A stretch of DNA of 64,000 nt from Thermodesulfobacteriota bacterium (GTDB lineage Bacteria; Desulfobacterota_D; UBA1144; Nemesobacterales; UBA2774), in NCBI GenBank assembly GCA_963422265.1, contig OY729416.1, positions 1,664,001-1,728,000 on the forward strand. The letters run 5' to 3'. Below the pieces are notes generated by a model. It made no database searches. It was not told the DNA's origin and worked only from the letters and a program-made list of their open reading frames with translations. How positions within the stretch are numbered: the stretch's first letter is position 1; each line of letters opens with the position of its first letter. The position numbers and the translations under genes are program-made. Below, in pieces: positions 41,727 through 52,661 of this stretch.

Positions 41727-44636
41727 ATGGTCGGCAAACTTAACTGCGCGTTGAAATCTATAAAAATAACTGGGGCGAGAGAGCACAACCTAAAAGATAT
41801 TTCCCTTGAGCTTCCCAGGGGTAAATTAGTCGTGATAACTGGGGTCAGTGGTTCCGGCAAATCTTCCCTGGCGTTTGATACTATATTCTCCGAGGGTCAG
41901 AGAAGGTATATGGAATCCCTTTCTGCCTATGCGAGGCAGTTCGTAGAGAAAACGGATAAGCCTGACCTAGATGCTATAGAGGGGCTTTCCCCATCTATAG
42001 CGGTTGATCAAAAGACCTTTCAGAGAAACCCTCGCTCGACCGTAGGCACTACAACTGAGATATACGATTTTCTAAGGCTCTTATTCGCCCGAATTGGCAA
42101 GCCCTACTGTTATGGCTGCGGGGCGGATATACACGTCCCTGCGTCTCCACAGGGATCAGCTCAGGGAATAGAAAAAATGGCGTCACGCGTGGTTGCTGCG
42201 CTTGGAAGGAACGAGAAGGCTTATATATTCTCGCCCATTGTTCAGGGCAGGAAGGGCGAGTATAGGAAAGAGCTGGAAGAGCTTAGAAAGGATGGGTTCG
42301 TAAAGGTTAGAATAGACGGCGAGCTTCGGGATTTAGACGAAGATATAAAGCTCAGTAGGCATAAAAAGCACACTATAGAAATCTTAATAGACGTCATACT
42401 AATTCGCGACTCTGGAAAAGACGTTATGGGCAGGATAGTCGAATCGTTGAGGATGGCGCTAAAACGCTCCGGCGGGACGGTGATCGTAGAGAGCGGGAAA
42501 CGTATAGACGCCCCCGAGCAGGGAGGCGAAGTATTGAATTTTAGCGAGAAACTCAATTGTCCAAAGTGCGAAATAAGCTATAGGGAAATCTCCCCTCGAC
42601 TCTTTTCCTTTAACAGCCCTTATGGCTCGTGTTCTGACTGTCACGGCATAGGAGAGACATCTTATTGTGAGCCTGAGCTTTGCATAGACGAGGAGGCGTC
42701 AATTGCCAACGGGGCTATAATCCCATGGGCGAATTCTGATTATTTTAATAAGTTGATAAAAAACCTAGCTGAGACCTTCGAAATTAGTCTGAATACACCG
42801 TTCAAAGACCTTTCGGCTAAGGCAAAAAAGTTGATAATACACGGCTCTAGTGGCAAGAACGTAACCTTTCACAGAAAAGGCAATAGTAAGATTTTAGGGT
42901 ATCAAGGCAATTATGTGGGGGTCGTAGGAATTATCTCGCACTGGTATCGCGAGACCGAATCCTCTCACGTGAGGGAAAAGCTATCTCAGTATATGAGAGT
43001 TACTAGCTGCAACTCGTGTCAAGGCTCAAGGCTCAACAAGCAGGCTCTATCGGTATTGATAGAAGACCGGTCTATACACAACGTAAACAAAATGTCAGTT
43101 GACGAGTGCTTAGAGTTTTTTCAGAACGTCGGTTTTACCAAAAGACAGCGTGAGATAGCCGACAGAATAGTCAGAGAGATACATTCAAGGCTGACCTTTC
43201 TAGTTGACGTTGGTCTTGGATACCTAACGCTCAACCGCTCGGCGCCCACGCTGTCGGGGGGCGAGGCTCAAAGGATAAGGCTAGCTACACAGGTAGGCTC
43301 AAAGCTCACCGGGATAACCTACGTGTTAGACGAGCCGACGGTAGGGCTTCACGCAAGGGACAACCTACGACTTATCAAAACGCTCAAATCGCTGAGAGAC
43401 GCGGGGAACACGGTAATAGTGGTAGAGCATGACGAAGAAACGATTAGGAGCGCCGATTACATAATTGATGTAGGACCTGGGGCAGGAGAGAAGGGCGGAA
43501 AAATCGTTGCGGAGGGGGGCGTAAAGGAATTAGCTAGACGGCGAGAGTCACTTACCGGAAGCTATTTGTCTCGCAATCTAAGCATCCCTGCGCCTCTGGA
43601 ACGAAGAAAACCTAAGGGATTTATATCCATAAAGGGAGCGTCAGAGCACAACCTAAAGAATGTGGACGTAGCCTTTCCGATAGGAGTGTTCACCTGCGTT
43701 ACGGGGGTTTCTGGCTCAGGGAAAAGCACGTTAGTTTTAGAGACGCTTTTTAACGTGCTTAACAACAAACTTTATCACGGTAAGAAAACGGTGGGAGCTT
43801 ATAAGGCTATTAGCGGGGAAGATAATATAAACAAAGTCGCCCACGTAGAGCAGACCCCCATTGGTAGAACTCCAAGGTCTAACCCCGCAACCTACACGGG
43901 TATCTTCTCGCCAATACGCGAGCTTTTTTCGATGCTCCCCCAGGCGAACGCAAAGGGATACGAACCGGGCAGGTTTAGCTTTAACGTCAAGGACGGCAGG
44001 TGCGCGGCTTGCTTAGGGCACGGGGTCGTTAAGATAGAGATGCACTTTCTACCAGACGTTTACGTTACCTGCGAGCGCTGTGGCGGGAGCAGATACAATT
44101 CCGAGACGCTCAAGGTAAAGTATAAGGGTAAAAGTATTGCGGAAGTACTGAATATGACGGTCAGAGAGGCTAGCGAGTTTTTTCAGAACGTTCCTCATAT
44201 CAAGTCCAAGCTAGAAGTCCTAGAAGCTGTTGGACTAGAATACATAAGGCTTGGGCAGCCAGCGACCACCCTATCCGGTGGAGAATCTCAAAGGATTAAG
44301 CTGTCAAAAGAACTCGCCAGACGCCAGACGGGAAAGACGCTTTATATAATTGACGAGCCGACGATAGGACTTCATTTCGAGGACGTAAAAAAGCTTCTTC
44401 TAATAATTCAGCAATTAGTCAAAGCAGGCAACAGCGTAATAGTAATAGAACATAACCTTGACGTGATCAAGTGCGCCGATTATGTAATTGACATGGGACC
44501 CGAAGGTGGTGAGGCAGGAGGAATGATTATAGCTAGTGGAACTCCAGAAGAGGTAGCCGAGGTAGGCAAGTCCTATACTGGGAGATTCCTAAAGGAAATC
44601 CTGAATAAAGAAGTCGTTGACAAGAGGATTCATTAG
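41727..44636 (+). CDS. uvrA: Excinuclease ABC subunit A (start possibly TTG 41751)
   Basis: GAREHNLK, two GVSGSGKS P-loops, LSGGEAQRI, zinc fingers. Confidence 0.98.
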   Translation: MVGKLNCALKSIKITGAREHNLKDISLELPRGKLVVITGVSGSGKSSLAFDTIFSEGQRRYMESLSAYARQFVEKTDKPDLDAIEGLSPSIAVDQKTFQRNPRSTVGTTTEIYDFLRLLFARIGKPYCYGCGADIHVPASPQGSAQGIEKMASRVVAALGRNEKAYIFSPIVQGRKGEYRKELEELRKDGFVKVRIDGELRDLDEDIKLSRHKKHTIEILIDVILIRDSGKDVMGRIVESLRMALKRSGGTVIVESGKRIDAPEQGGEVLNFSEKLNCPKCEISYREISPRLFSFNSPYGSCSDCHGIGETSYCEPELCIDEEASIANGAIIPWANSDYFNKLIKNLAETFEISLNTPFKDLSAKAKKLIIHGSSGKNVTFHRKGNSKILGYQGNYVGVVGIISHWYRETESSHVREKLSQYMRVTSCNSCQGSRLNKQALSVLIEDRSIHNVNKMSVDECLEFFQNVGFTKRQREIADRIVREIHSRLTFLVDVGLGYLTLNRSAPTLSGGEAQRIRLATQVGSKLTGITYVLDEPTVGLHARDNLRLIKTLKSLRDAGNTVIVVEHDEETIRSADYIIDVGPGAGEKGGKIVAEGGVKELARRRESLTGSYLSRNLSIPAPLERRKPKGFISIKGASEHNLKNVDVAFPIGVFTCVTGVSGSGKSTLVLETLFNVLNNKLYHGKKTVGAYKAISGEDNINKVAHVEQTPIGRTPRSNPATYTGIFSPIRELFSMLPQANAKGYEPGRFSFNVKDGRCAACLGHGVVKIEMHFLPDVYVTCERCGGSRYNSETLKVKYKGKSIAEVLNMTVREASEFFQNVPHIKSKLEVLEAVGLEYIRLGQPATTLSGGESQRIKLSKELARRQTGKTLYIIDEPTIGLHFEDVKKLLLIIQQLVKAGNSVIVIEHNLDVIKCADYVIDMGPEGGEAGGMIIASGTPEEVAEVGKSYTGRFLKEILNKEVVDKRIH

Positions 44637-45437
44637 TTGAGCCTACTTGAGTCTATCATCTTAGGTGCTATACAAGGGATCACCGAATTTTTCCCCGTAA
44701 GCAGCACGGCACATCTCGCGCTTTTACCATGGTTCTTCTCATGGAAAGATCAGGGGTTGCCTTTTAACGTGGCGCTACACGTTGGAAGCTTTATGGCGAT
44801 AATCTATTACTTCTGGCGGGACTGGGTTAATATAGTAGTCGAGTTCGTTCAGGGAGTTTTCAAGAGAAGCTTTGTCGGACTTCCTAACGGTAGGATCGGT
44901 TTATTTATAATTATATCGACCGCGCCTGGAGTCGGAGCTGGACTCTTATTTGAGGAGCAGGCGGCGGGGCTTTTAAGACACCCGCTGTCAATTGCGCTTG
45001 CCCTTTCATTCTTCGGAATTCTGCTTTATATCTCGGATAAAATTTCAAGGCACCACAAATCCTTGCAAGATATGAATCTGACTGACTGCTTACTGATAGG
45101 ACTCTGTCAGGCTTTCGCCATCATACCCGGCGTGTCTCGCTCTGGGGTTACTATAACAGGCGCTATGCTAAGAAACCTTAGCAGGGAGGAAGCGGCAAAA
45201 TTTTCCTTTTTGCTAGGTGCTCCCCTTATAGCGGGTGCGGGTATATTTCAGTCAAGTTACCTTGAACGCTCGACCGTATTAAGCCTTCCCTTTATCGCGG
45301 GCGTTCTCGCATCCGCCGTATTCGCCTTTCTTGCCATTAAATACCTTATCAAGTTCGTCAGGAAGAGAAGCTACGCCCCCTTTGTCGTCTATCGTTTGGT
45401 CCTAGCTGTGGTAATTTCCGTTTTATATCTAAGTTAG
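44637..45437 (+). CDS. uppP: Undecaprenyl-diphosphate phosphatase
   Basis: QGITEFFPVSSTAH, PGVSRSG, FSFLL. Confidence 0.95.
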   Translation: MSLLESIILGAIQGITEFFPVSSTAHLALLPWFFSWKDQGLPFNVALHVGSFMAIIYYFWRDWVNIVVEFVQGVFKRSFVGLPNGRIGLFIIISTAPGVGAGLLFEEQAAGLLRHPLSIALALSFFGILLYISDKISRHHKSLQDMNLTDCLLIGLCQAFAIIPGVSRSGVTITGAMLRNLSREEAAKFSFLLGAPLIAGAGIFQSSYLERSTVLSLPFIAGVLASAVFAFLAIKYLIKFVRKRSYAPFVVYRLVLAVVISVLYLS

Positions 45438-45459
45438 TAGTTTCACGTAGAGGTGAGAG

Positions 45460-46460
45460 CGCTTCTGTCATTCCCGCCCCCACCTGTCCCCGTAGTTTCC
45501 TGCTTAATACATGCAGGAACACGCTTTTGAGCGGGGAACTGGGAATCCAGAAATGGGTTCGGCAGTCCCACTAAACAGGGAGTAGGGAAACATGATCCCT
45601 TCCTCACACATTCCCCCCTTTAGATAAAAGGGGGATACAGGAGGATTTGATAGAACATCGGGGAAGATCAATCCTCCCTTATCTCCCACATCACCCCCTG
45701 TCATTTCGTAGGTGTAACCCTTGTGGTTACCCTCGCCTTCACGCCTTAGGGCGACTACAAGGGTCGCCCCTACACCACACCCCCAGTTATTCCCAATTCT
45801 ATCGGGAATCCAGAAATGGGTCCGGCAGACCCTCCAACCAGGGAGTAGGGAAACGTGAAACCTTACTCACACATTCCCCCTTTAGAAAAGGGGGATACAG
45901 GGGGATTTGATAGAACATCAGGGAAGATCAATCCTCCCTTATCTCCCACATCACCCCCTGTCATTTCGTAGGTGTAACCCTTGTGGTTACCCTCGCCTTC
46001 ACGCCTTAGGGCGACTACAAGGGTCGCCCCTACACCACACCCCCAGTTATTCCCAATTCTATCGGGAATCCAGAAATGGGTCCGGCAGACCCACCAACCA
46101 GGGAGTAGGGAAACGTGAAACCTTACTCACACATTCCCCCTTTAGAAAAGGGGGATACAGGGGGATTTGATAGAACATCAGGGAAGATCAATCATTCCTT
46201 ATCTCCCACATCACCCACACCATCATTTCGTAGAGGTAATCCCCTTGTGGTTACCCTCGCCTTCACGCCTTAGGGCGACTACAAGGGTCGCCCCTACACC
46301 ACACCCCCAGTTATTCCCAATTCTATCGGGAATCCAGAAATGGGTCCGGCAGGCTCACCAACCAGGGAGTCAGGGAAACGTGATCCCTTACTCACACATT
46401 CCCCCTTTAGAAAAGGGGGATACAGGGGGATTTGATAAGGCGTTGGGGAACGAAAATTCT
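45460..46460. repeat. Tandem 260-bp REP-mosaic units (about 3.4 copies)
   Basis: Period of 260 bp (45647, 45907, 46167); each unit has a GTAG-type pair and CCCCCTTTAGAAAAGGGGG. Confidence 0.93.
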
Positions 46461-46476
46461 TCCTTTCCTTAACTCT

Positions 46477-46605
46477 AAGGATATTGTAAAGAAAGTAGCT
46501 TGTGATAATGGACTACCTATTTCTGAGATGTTCACAATGTTTTCGATTTTATTGAGGGACGTCATAATGAAGGAAAAAGGGTTCATCCACTGGGATGAAG
46601 AGTAA
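46477..46605 (+). pseudogene. 3' remnant of a paralogue of the 12741-13352 gene
   Basis: KDIVKKVACDNGLPISEMFTMFSILLRDVIMKEKG aligns with KDIIKQEAFKNGLPVSQIYPVFSVLLRDTILKEKG. Confidence 0.75.
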
Positions 46606-46713
46606 GGTTGCACTGATAATACTTATCATCAAGGGTTCGTTCGAGTTAGACTAGAACTGGTCCAAATGTTCAGGCATATTATTATTATCTCAGTGTAGTA
46701 GTGAGGGGGAGAG

Positions 46714-47112
46714 ATGCAGCAATTACAACATGAAGAAGAGAATGCCCTTCAAGGGTTTCGAGCTTATCAACCGGACAAGAGGGAGGAACCCCAGATAGAG
46801 GAGAAGGAGATGGGTGAATCATTGAGAATAGAAATAAAAAAAGACTTTCAAAGGATAGAAGATAAGTTTGAGAAGAGGTTTGAGAAAGTTGACGCTGAGT
46901 TTAAAGAAGTCAGAAAGGAGATGTCGGCGGGATTCACTGAAGTCAGAAAAGAGACAGCAGCAGGATTTAGTGAAATAAATACCAAGATAGCGGCAGTAGA
47001 TAAAACCGTTAGTGAGAAATTTGGGGAACTGTATAAGTGGCAAGTTGGGATTTTGCTTAGCATTCTTATTAGTATGATTCTTTTGATATTTAGGGACGTG
47101 ATAATAAGATAA
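46714..47112 (+). CDS. Coiled-coil protein with a C-terminal TM (DUF1640/Bdr-like)
   Basis: 11-aa repeats (FKEVRKEMSAG/FTEVRKETAAG); KWQVGILL hydrophobic tail. Confidence 0.7.
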   Translation: MQQLQHEEENALQGFRAYQPDKREEPQIEEKEMGESLRIEIKKDFQRIEDKFEKRFEKVDAEFKEVRKEMSAGFTEVRKETAAGFSEINTKIAAVDKTVSEKFGELYKWQVGILLSILISMILLIFRDVIIR

Positions 47113-47531
47113 TTACCTCTCCTCGCTCTGCGACTCTCTCCCTGTTTCTAAAGGTTCGCCACAACCAAGGATAAGAAGAATAGGAAAATTCTCGTTCCCC
47201 GACCCACTCGGTTGGTGAGCCTGCCAAACCATTTCTGGATTTCCGCTTTCACGGGAATGACGTCTCTTGACCTACCGCATATTACACTGATCCGCCGAGT
47301 TTTCGCATACGGAATGGGGATCGGGGAGTAGAAACCTTCCTATGCAATCCCCCTTTAGATAAAAGGGGGAAAACAGGGGGATTTGAAAAGCTACGCTCGA
47401 TTATGTTCAAATAGGGTCTAAAAGAATGCTGCAATGTTCTTGGATTTGATATAAGGAAAAAATATAGGGAGAGAACTTTCATGATAGGGCATCTTAGTAG
47501 TGAATCAAAAAAGATCCTAACAAAACACGTG

Positions 47532-49130
47532 ATGAGAATATGCCTCTGTTGCGCTTTGTTAGTGTCGTTTTATTTGGCGGGGTGCGCTGCGATCGAGGCT
47601 GAACAACCCTTGGATAAGTTCAGGATAATGCCTTACCAGCTCTCTAAAAATGCAGTTACGAATTCTTCCGGCTATCTTCAGCCTTCATTAGAAGGAGTCA
47701 AAATTGTTCCTATTATCTCCGCAGGAGAAAAAGCTCGCAATGGGTATCGTATGGCTGGCATACCTGATGGACTTGGGATACTAGATAATGGAGATGATAC
47801 GATGACCGTTTACATGCACCATGAACTTTATGGTAACCAAGGCGTTAAGCGCACTCATGGCGGCAAGGGAGCTTTTATTTCCAAGTGGGTCATTACGAAG
47901 CCTCAGCATATAAAAGGGGGCTTTAAGGTTCTCAGCGGTGAGGACGCCATTAAGGAACTTTATCTATGGGATACCAAAGATCGGCGACACAAACTTTCCA
48001 AACAAGAAGCCCTTTATAGACTTTGTTCAGCGGACCTGCCTAAACAGGATGCCCTTCTTGATGGAAAGCTTGGGACACGCGAGAGGATTTTGTTGGGAGG
48101 AGAAGAAAGGAACGCATTTTATAAAGGGGACGGCATGTATGGGAGAGCCTTAGCCACTGTTCTCACGGGTGCGCATGCGGGGGAAACTTATGAACTGCCA
48201 GATTTTGGGAATATGTCTTTTGAAAATATCGTCGCCTCACCTTATCCGCAAGCCAAAACAATCGCCATTGCGCTTGATGACGCGGCAGGTAGAAGTCTGG
48301 ATACCTTAGGGGAGGTTTACGTCTATGTTGGTGAGAAACGATTTAAGGGTAATCCTGTTAAGCGAGCGGGGTTAATCGGTGGAAGACTTTATGGTGTTGC
48401 CGTTGAGGGTCTTCCGCTTGAGGATAAGTCTTTGGGGATTACGCAGAGCGCAGGACGGTTTAATCTGAAACTCATTGATCAGAAGGCTATCAAGCGGGAC
48501 AAAGGTAAGTCTTTGTTTGAACTCACTAAGGTAAACAATAATCTTGGGATTACTAAATTCTTTAGGCCAGAGGATGGCGACTGGCATCAAAATAAAGTCA
48601 ATACGTTTTATTTTGTAACAACGGGCAGTTACGGAGCTCCCGGTCGGCTTTGGGCGCTTCATTTTGAAGATATTAGAAATCCGGAGAAAGGTGGGGCAAT
48701 TGAGTTGCTCCTCAATGGTAAAGAGGGCGTGGTTAATCCGGATAATATCACAACCTCGTATGATGGCACTGTTCTCATTCAAGAAGATAGAGGAAAAAGT
48801 CCAGAGCTGTCTAAAATTTGGCGGTTTAATCCCAAGACCAAGAGATTGTCGGAAATCGCAGTATTTGATGAGAAGTTGTTTGGGAAAGATGGGAAGAGAA
48901 GATATGGACACATTACCAACAACGAAGAGTCTTCGGGGATCATTGACGCCAGCGGGGTTTTAGGGAGAGGTTGGTTTCTGGCGACTGTCCAGTCTCACGT
49001 TTGGTTAGACCGAGAAGAAGACAGTTATCATCGTTTGAGGCTTGGTTTGGATTTGAAAGCGGGTAAAGAAGTTGTGGAGGATGGGCAATTGATTGCTATT
49101 TATATCCCGCCGCTGGATGTCTGCGAATGA
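47532..49130 (+). CDS. PhoX/DUF839-like lipoprotein (putative alkaline phosphatase)
   Basis: Lipobox LAGC; IPDGLG, HEL, RLCSA, FEN, RPEDG, PDNI, QED, ESSG, VQSH motifs. Confidence 0.75.
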   Translation: MRICLCCALLVSFYLAGCAAIEAEQPLDKFRIMPYQLSKNAVTNSSGYLQPSLEGVKIVPIISAGEKARNGYRMAGIPDGLGILDNGDDTMTVYMHHELYGNQGVKRTHGGKGAFISKWVITKPQHIKGGFKVLSGEDAIKELYLWDTKDRRHKLSKQEALYRLCSADLPKQDALLDGKLGTRERILLGGEERNAFYKGDGMYGRALATVLTGAHAGETYELPDFGNMSFENIVASPYPQAKTIAIALDDAAGRSLDTLGEVYVYVGEKRFKGNPVKRAGLIGGRLYGVAVEGLPLEDKSLGITQSAGRFNLKLIDQKAIKRDKGKSLFELTKVNNNLGITKFFRPEDGDWHQNKVNTFYFVTTGSYGAPGRLWALHFEDIRNPEKGGAIELLLNGKEGVVNPDNITTSYDGTVLIQEDRGKSPELSKIWRFNPKTKRLSEIAVFDEKLFGKDGKRRYGHITNNEESSGIIDASGVLGRGWFLATVQSHVWLDREEDSYHRLRLGLDLKAGKEVVEDGQLIAIYIPPLDVCE

Positions 49131-49179
49131 GATGGATTAGGTGTGGTTGCCATGCCAAGCAAGCAGGTCAAAGGTTCTA

Positions 49180-50778
49180 TTCCCCTGTCCGTCATTCCTG
49201 CGGAATCATCTTCCTGTGTGTATTAAGCCATGTCCTCAACTTTCGATTAGGGATGGAGGATAAGGAAGGGACTCTCATTTCTCTACGTCCTATCAAATCC
49301 CCCCGTATCCCCCTTTTCTAAAGGGGGAGTATGTGAGGAATGTTTTCGTTCCTCGACCCTCTTACTGTATTCCTGCTCGGGGGTAGGAATGGCGGAAATG
49401 CCATCCTCTACCCAGGGAGAGAAAGTCTGAACTGTGATTTGTAGGGTGGAATGATGAGCCATGATTAAAAGAACAAATCCCCCTGTATCCCCCTTTTCTA
49501 AAGGGGGAGAAGGAGATATTCCCCTCCTTTTGTAAAGGAGGGTTAGGGTGGATTTTCTTTTTGTTTGTACGAGGGGGACGACCCTAGCGATGTCCTGAGT
49601 GGTCAGTGTATCATCCTGAGTTTACCGAAGGTAGCATAGCCGAACTGCCTGCCGAAGGACGATGTGCTGAGCTTGTTGAAGGATGGTTGTTCCAAGTCGT
49701 GAAGGTGATGGGTAACCACAAGGGTTACCCCTACGAAAAGATGGGAGGGATGGGAATAGCTTTTGTTTCCCGACGCTTATCAAATCCCCCTATATCCCCC
49801 TTTTCTAAAGGGGGAGTATGTGAGGAATGTTTTCGTTCCTAGACCCTCTACTGTATTCCTGCTCGGAGACAAGAATGACAGAAACACCCTCACTCTGTGT
49901 CCCTCTTCCAGAGGGAGAGGGAGAAAAGACAAGATTTCTCGGTTGTGCTTTGTCATTAGGCAAGATCAGGAGTTAGAAAGGATATTCCCCTCCTTTTGTA
50001 AAGGCAAAGAAAAGGTAACCACAAGGGTTACCCCTACAAGTTAAGGAATCCAAAGGGGGTGGGGGTAGGTAGGCAAGGAAGGAATTCGTGTTCCTCGACG
50101 CTTATCAAATCCCCCCGTATCCCCCTTTTCTAAAGGGGGAGAAGGAGATATTACCCTCCTTTTGTAAAGGAGGGTTAGGGTGGATTTTCTTTTTGTTTGT
50201 AGGGGCGACTCTTGTAGTCGCCCTGAGTGGTCAGTGTATCATCCTGAGTTTACCGAAGGTAGCATAGCCGAACTGCCTGCCGAAGGGGCAATGTCCTGAA
50301 CCTGTTGGAGGATTGTTACCCTAAGGCGCGCAAGGATTGGGTAACCACAAGGGTTACCTCTACGAAAAGATGGGAGGGATGGGAATAGCTTTTGTTTCCC
50401 GACGCTTATCAAATCCCCCTATATCCCCCTTTTCTAAAGGGGGAGTATGTGAGGAATGTTTTCGTTCCTCGACCCTCTTACTGTATTCCCACTCGGGGGT
50501 AGGAATGGCGGAAATGCCATCCTCTACCCAGGGAGAGAAAGTCTGAACTGTGATTTGTAGGGTGGAATGATGAGCCATGATTAAAAGAACAAATCCCCCT
50601 ATATCCCCCTTTTCTAAAGGGGGAGAAGGAGAAATTCCCCTCCTTTTGTAAAGGAGGGATAGGGTGGATTTTCTTTGTGTTTGTAGGAGGGGGACCCTAG
50701 CGATGTCCTGACCTTGTTGAAGGATGGGTCTCGTTCTAAGGCAAAGGAAAGGGTAATCACAAGGGTTACCCCTACAAC
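49180..50778. repeat. Large mosaic REP array with duplicated sub-blocks and nested palindromes
   Basis: 49295-49560 resembles 50410-50680; 49594-49658 matches 50222-50286; 49710-49850 resembles 50339-50480. Confidence 0.9.
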
Positions 50779-50815
50779 AAAAAAAGGGGATAGGCTATTT
50801 AACAACCTATCCCCC
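50779..50815 (-). terminator. Intrinsic terminator of the 50866-51771 gene
   Basis: Minus strand GGGGATAGG..CCTATCCCC followed by a T7 run. Confidence 0.75.
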
Positions 50816-50865
50816 TACTAATTGTTACTATTCGTAATTACTCTTAATTACTTGTTAGCTACTAC

Positions 50866-51771
50866 TTACTTCTCAAACCTTCTCCACAGCCTACCAACTA
50901 AGATAAAAGCCGGGATTAGAAGATATGCGACTGGGAAGGAAGAGCTAGAGCTTCCAGATGACGCCAAGGCGCATCCAGAATCACCTTTGGGCCCGGAACC
51001 CCCTGGTTCTCCATGCTCACCGTCAACTCCGTCAACTCCGTCAACTCCAGGACGTCCATCGCGCACTTTCACACTATTAGCGGCCGTTTGCACTGCAGAA
51101 ACATTATCATCTATAGCCGTTTCCGCTAATATTTCGTCGGTCTCCTTATTCCTAATGCAAACTGAATCATCACCACTACAAGCATCATCTATATCCCTGA
51201 GTGTCGTTACCGGTTTATCATTAACATCCTTCACATCATCACGAACAATTACGCTTCCGTCTTCAGCCTCAACCACTATTTGAATAACTTCACTACCAGG
51301 GGCTTCCGCGTTAGGCTCCGCATTCGCCGTAAGCTTTTTCAAATTTCCTAGAGGAACAAAGAAACCTTCAGGAAGCGGCAGGGAAGATACACTCTTCAAC
51401 CCCATACCCTCTTGGCTCGTCTCAGTCGCAGCATCACTTACCCGACTAGCCTTCGTATCTACCTCAAGTTCCGTTATAAAGTCTCCACCCCCGAGCGTAT
51501 CGCCATCTAGTGATTTCTTAAATGCTGTAACCTCTACTTTAACTTCACCATCCGCCTCACATATTTGGTCTCCCGTGACCATCGTACCATCGTCGGTGAC
51601 TTTAATGACAGATACACTGGCTGTTGGATCCCCATCAGTCTTCCATGCACCTGCCACAAACTTTCCATCATCATCACAAAGTACCGCTTCGGCTGTAGGT
51701 GCTAGAATGAACAAACTACACAATAAAAAGCTAAAAACCCCTATCCCCAACGCAATGCTACGTTTACGCAT
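50866..51771 (-). CDS. Secreted surface protein with collagen-like linker and Cys-containing C-terminal sorting-like tail (paralogue 1)
   Basis: Signal peptide ending AEA; Gly-X-Y run; GDSGCALASSGSSSSSFPVAYLLIPAFILVGRLWRR. Confidence 0.8.
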   Translation of the reverse strand: MRKRSIALGIGVFSFLLCSLFILAPTAEAVLCDDDGKFVAGAWKTDGDPTASVSVIKVTDDGTMVTGDQICEADGEVKVEVTAFKKSLDGDTLGGGDFITELEVDTKASRVSDAATETSQEGMGLKSVSSLPLPEGFFVPLGNLKKLTANAEPNAEAPGSEVIQIVVEAEDGSVIVRDDVKDVNDKPVTTLRDIDDACSGDDSVCIRNKETDEILAETAIDDNVSAVQTAANSVKVRDGRPGVDGVDGVDGEHGEPGGSGPKGDSGCALASSGSSSSSFPVAYLLIPAFILVGRLWRRFEK

Positions 51772-51853
51772 TTTTTACTACCTCCTCCAAGAATGAATTA
51801 TGTTTTTTACCTCTCATTACCCTTGCTACTTGCTCTGAAACCGCCCTGTCCAA

Positions 51854-51887
51854 TAATGCTTGCTAAATACGCTTATCAAGGATTAAC
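51854..51887 (-). repeat. 34-bp site, inverted copy 1 (13-6-13 dyad)
   Basis: Exact reverse complement of 53290-53323. Confidence 0.9.
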
Positions 51888-51939
51888 GAGGGAATAAGGA
51901 GGCATCTTAGGGAGCTATTAAGGTGTTGCGGGGGGATTT

Positions 51940-52150
51940 ATGTAAGGAAGGGACTCTCGTTCCCTGATGCCTATCAAATCCCCCTGTATCCCCCTTTTCT
52001 AAAGGGGGAGTATATGAGGAATGTTTTCGTTCCCCGATATCCTATCAAATCCCCCTGTGTCCCTCTTTTCTAAAGGGGGAGTGTATGAGGAATGTTTTCG
52101 TTCCCCGACGCCTATCAAATCCCCCTGTGTCCCTCTTTTCTAAAGGGGGA
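51940..52150. repeat. Tandem ~55-60-bp REP units (x3)
   Basis: CCTATCAAATCCCCCTGT..TTTTCTAAAGGGGGA repeated three times. Confidence 0.85.
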
Positions 52151-52207
52151 TACATAGAGATGAAGAAGTGGAATTATAATATAGACGAGGCGCAAGGAGT
52201 GAAGATT

Positions 52208-52365
52208 ATGAGCCCTGAATTTGAGAAAGTGTTAGATACCAGAGTTTCTAATCTTGAGGATAGGATGGTGAATATAGAGACCGACATCAAAGAAATTAAG
52301 GCTTAATAGTTTGGCTGATAAGATAGACAACAACTTCAAATGGCTAGTAGGCATAGGGAAACGAT
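52208..52365 (+). pseudogene. Frameshifted coiled-coil/TM-tail gene remnant (Bdr/DUF1640-like)
   Basis: MSPEFEKVLDTRVSNLEDRMVNIETDIKEIK, then in a shifted frame LNSLADKIDNNFKWLVGIG. Confidence 0.55.
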
Positions 52366-52661
52366 AAAATAAATCCTTGACAAGTTTTGATAACTGGCGT
52401 TACAATCAGAACTGTTAATAGGGTGGCTTAGGAGAGACGCCATGCCTAGTTATAGTATTTATTGGACTGATTAGGATGAACCAGTGTGCTTGCGAGAATT
52501 GCTGATAATAATCAAGTATCTAAAGAAGAAACTGTAGATAGGATTTTTACACTACTTGGCGTTGTGCCTTTAGCAACCCTATTGTTTTGCAAAAAACAGT
52601 AACTAATTAAAGAATTAATAGAAATATGTTATAATTTTTACAAGCGATAAGGGGGCAAGAG

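Noticed and set aside
45504-46472. Short repeated ORFs within REP arrays (also 1222-1790, 11931-12674, 38045-38354, 49127-50805, 55448-55708, 58317-58979)
   Set aside because: Translations of palindromic repeat DNA, with no RBS or protein-family features
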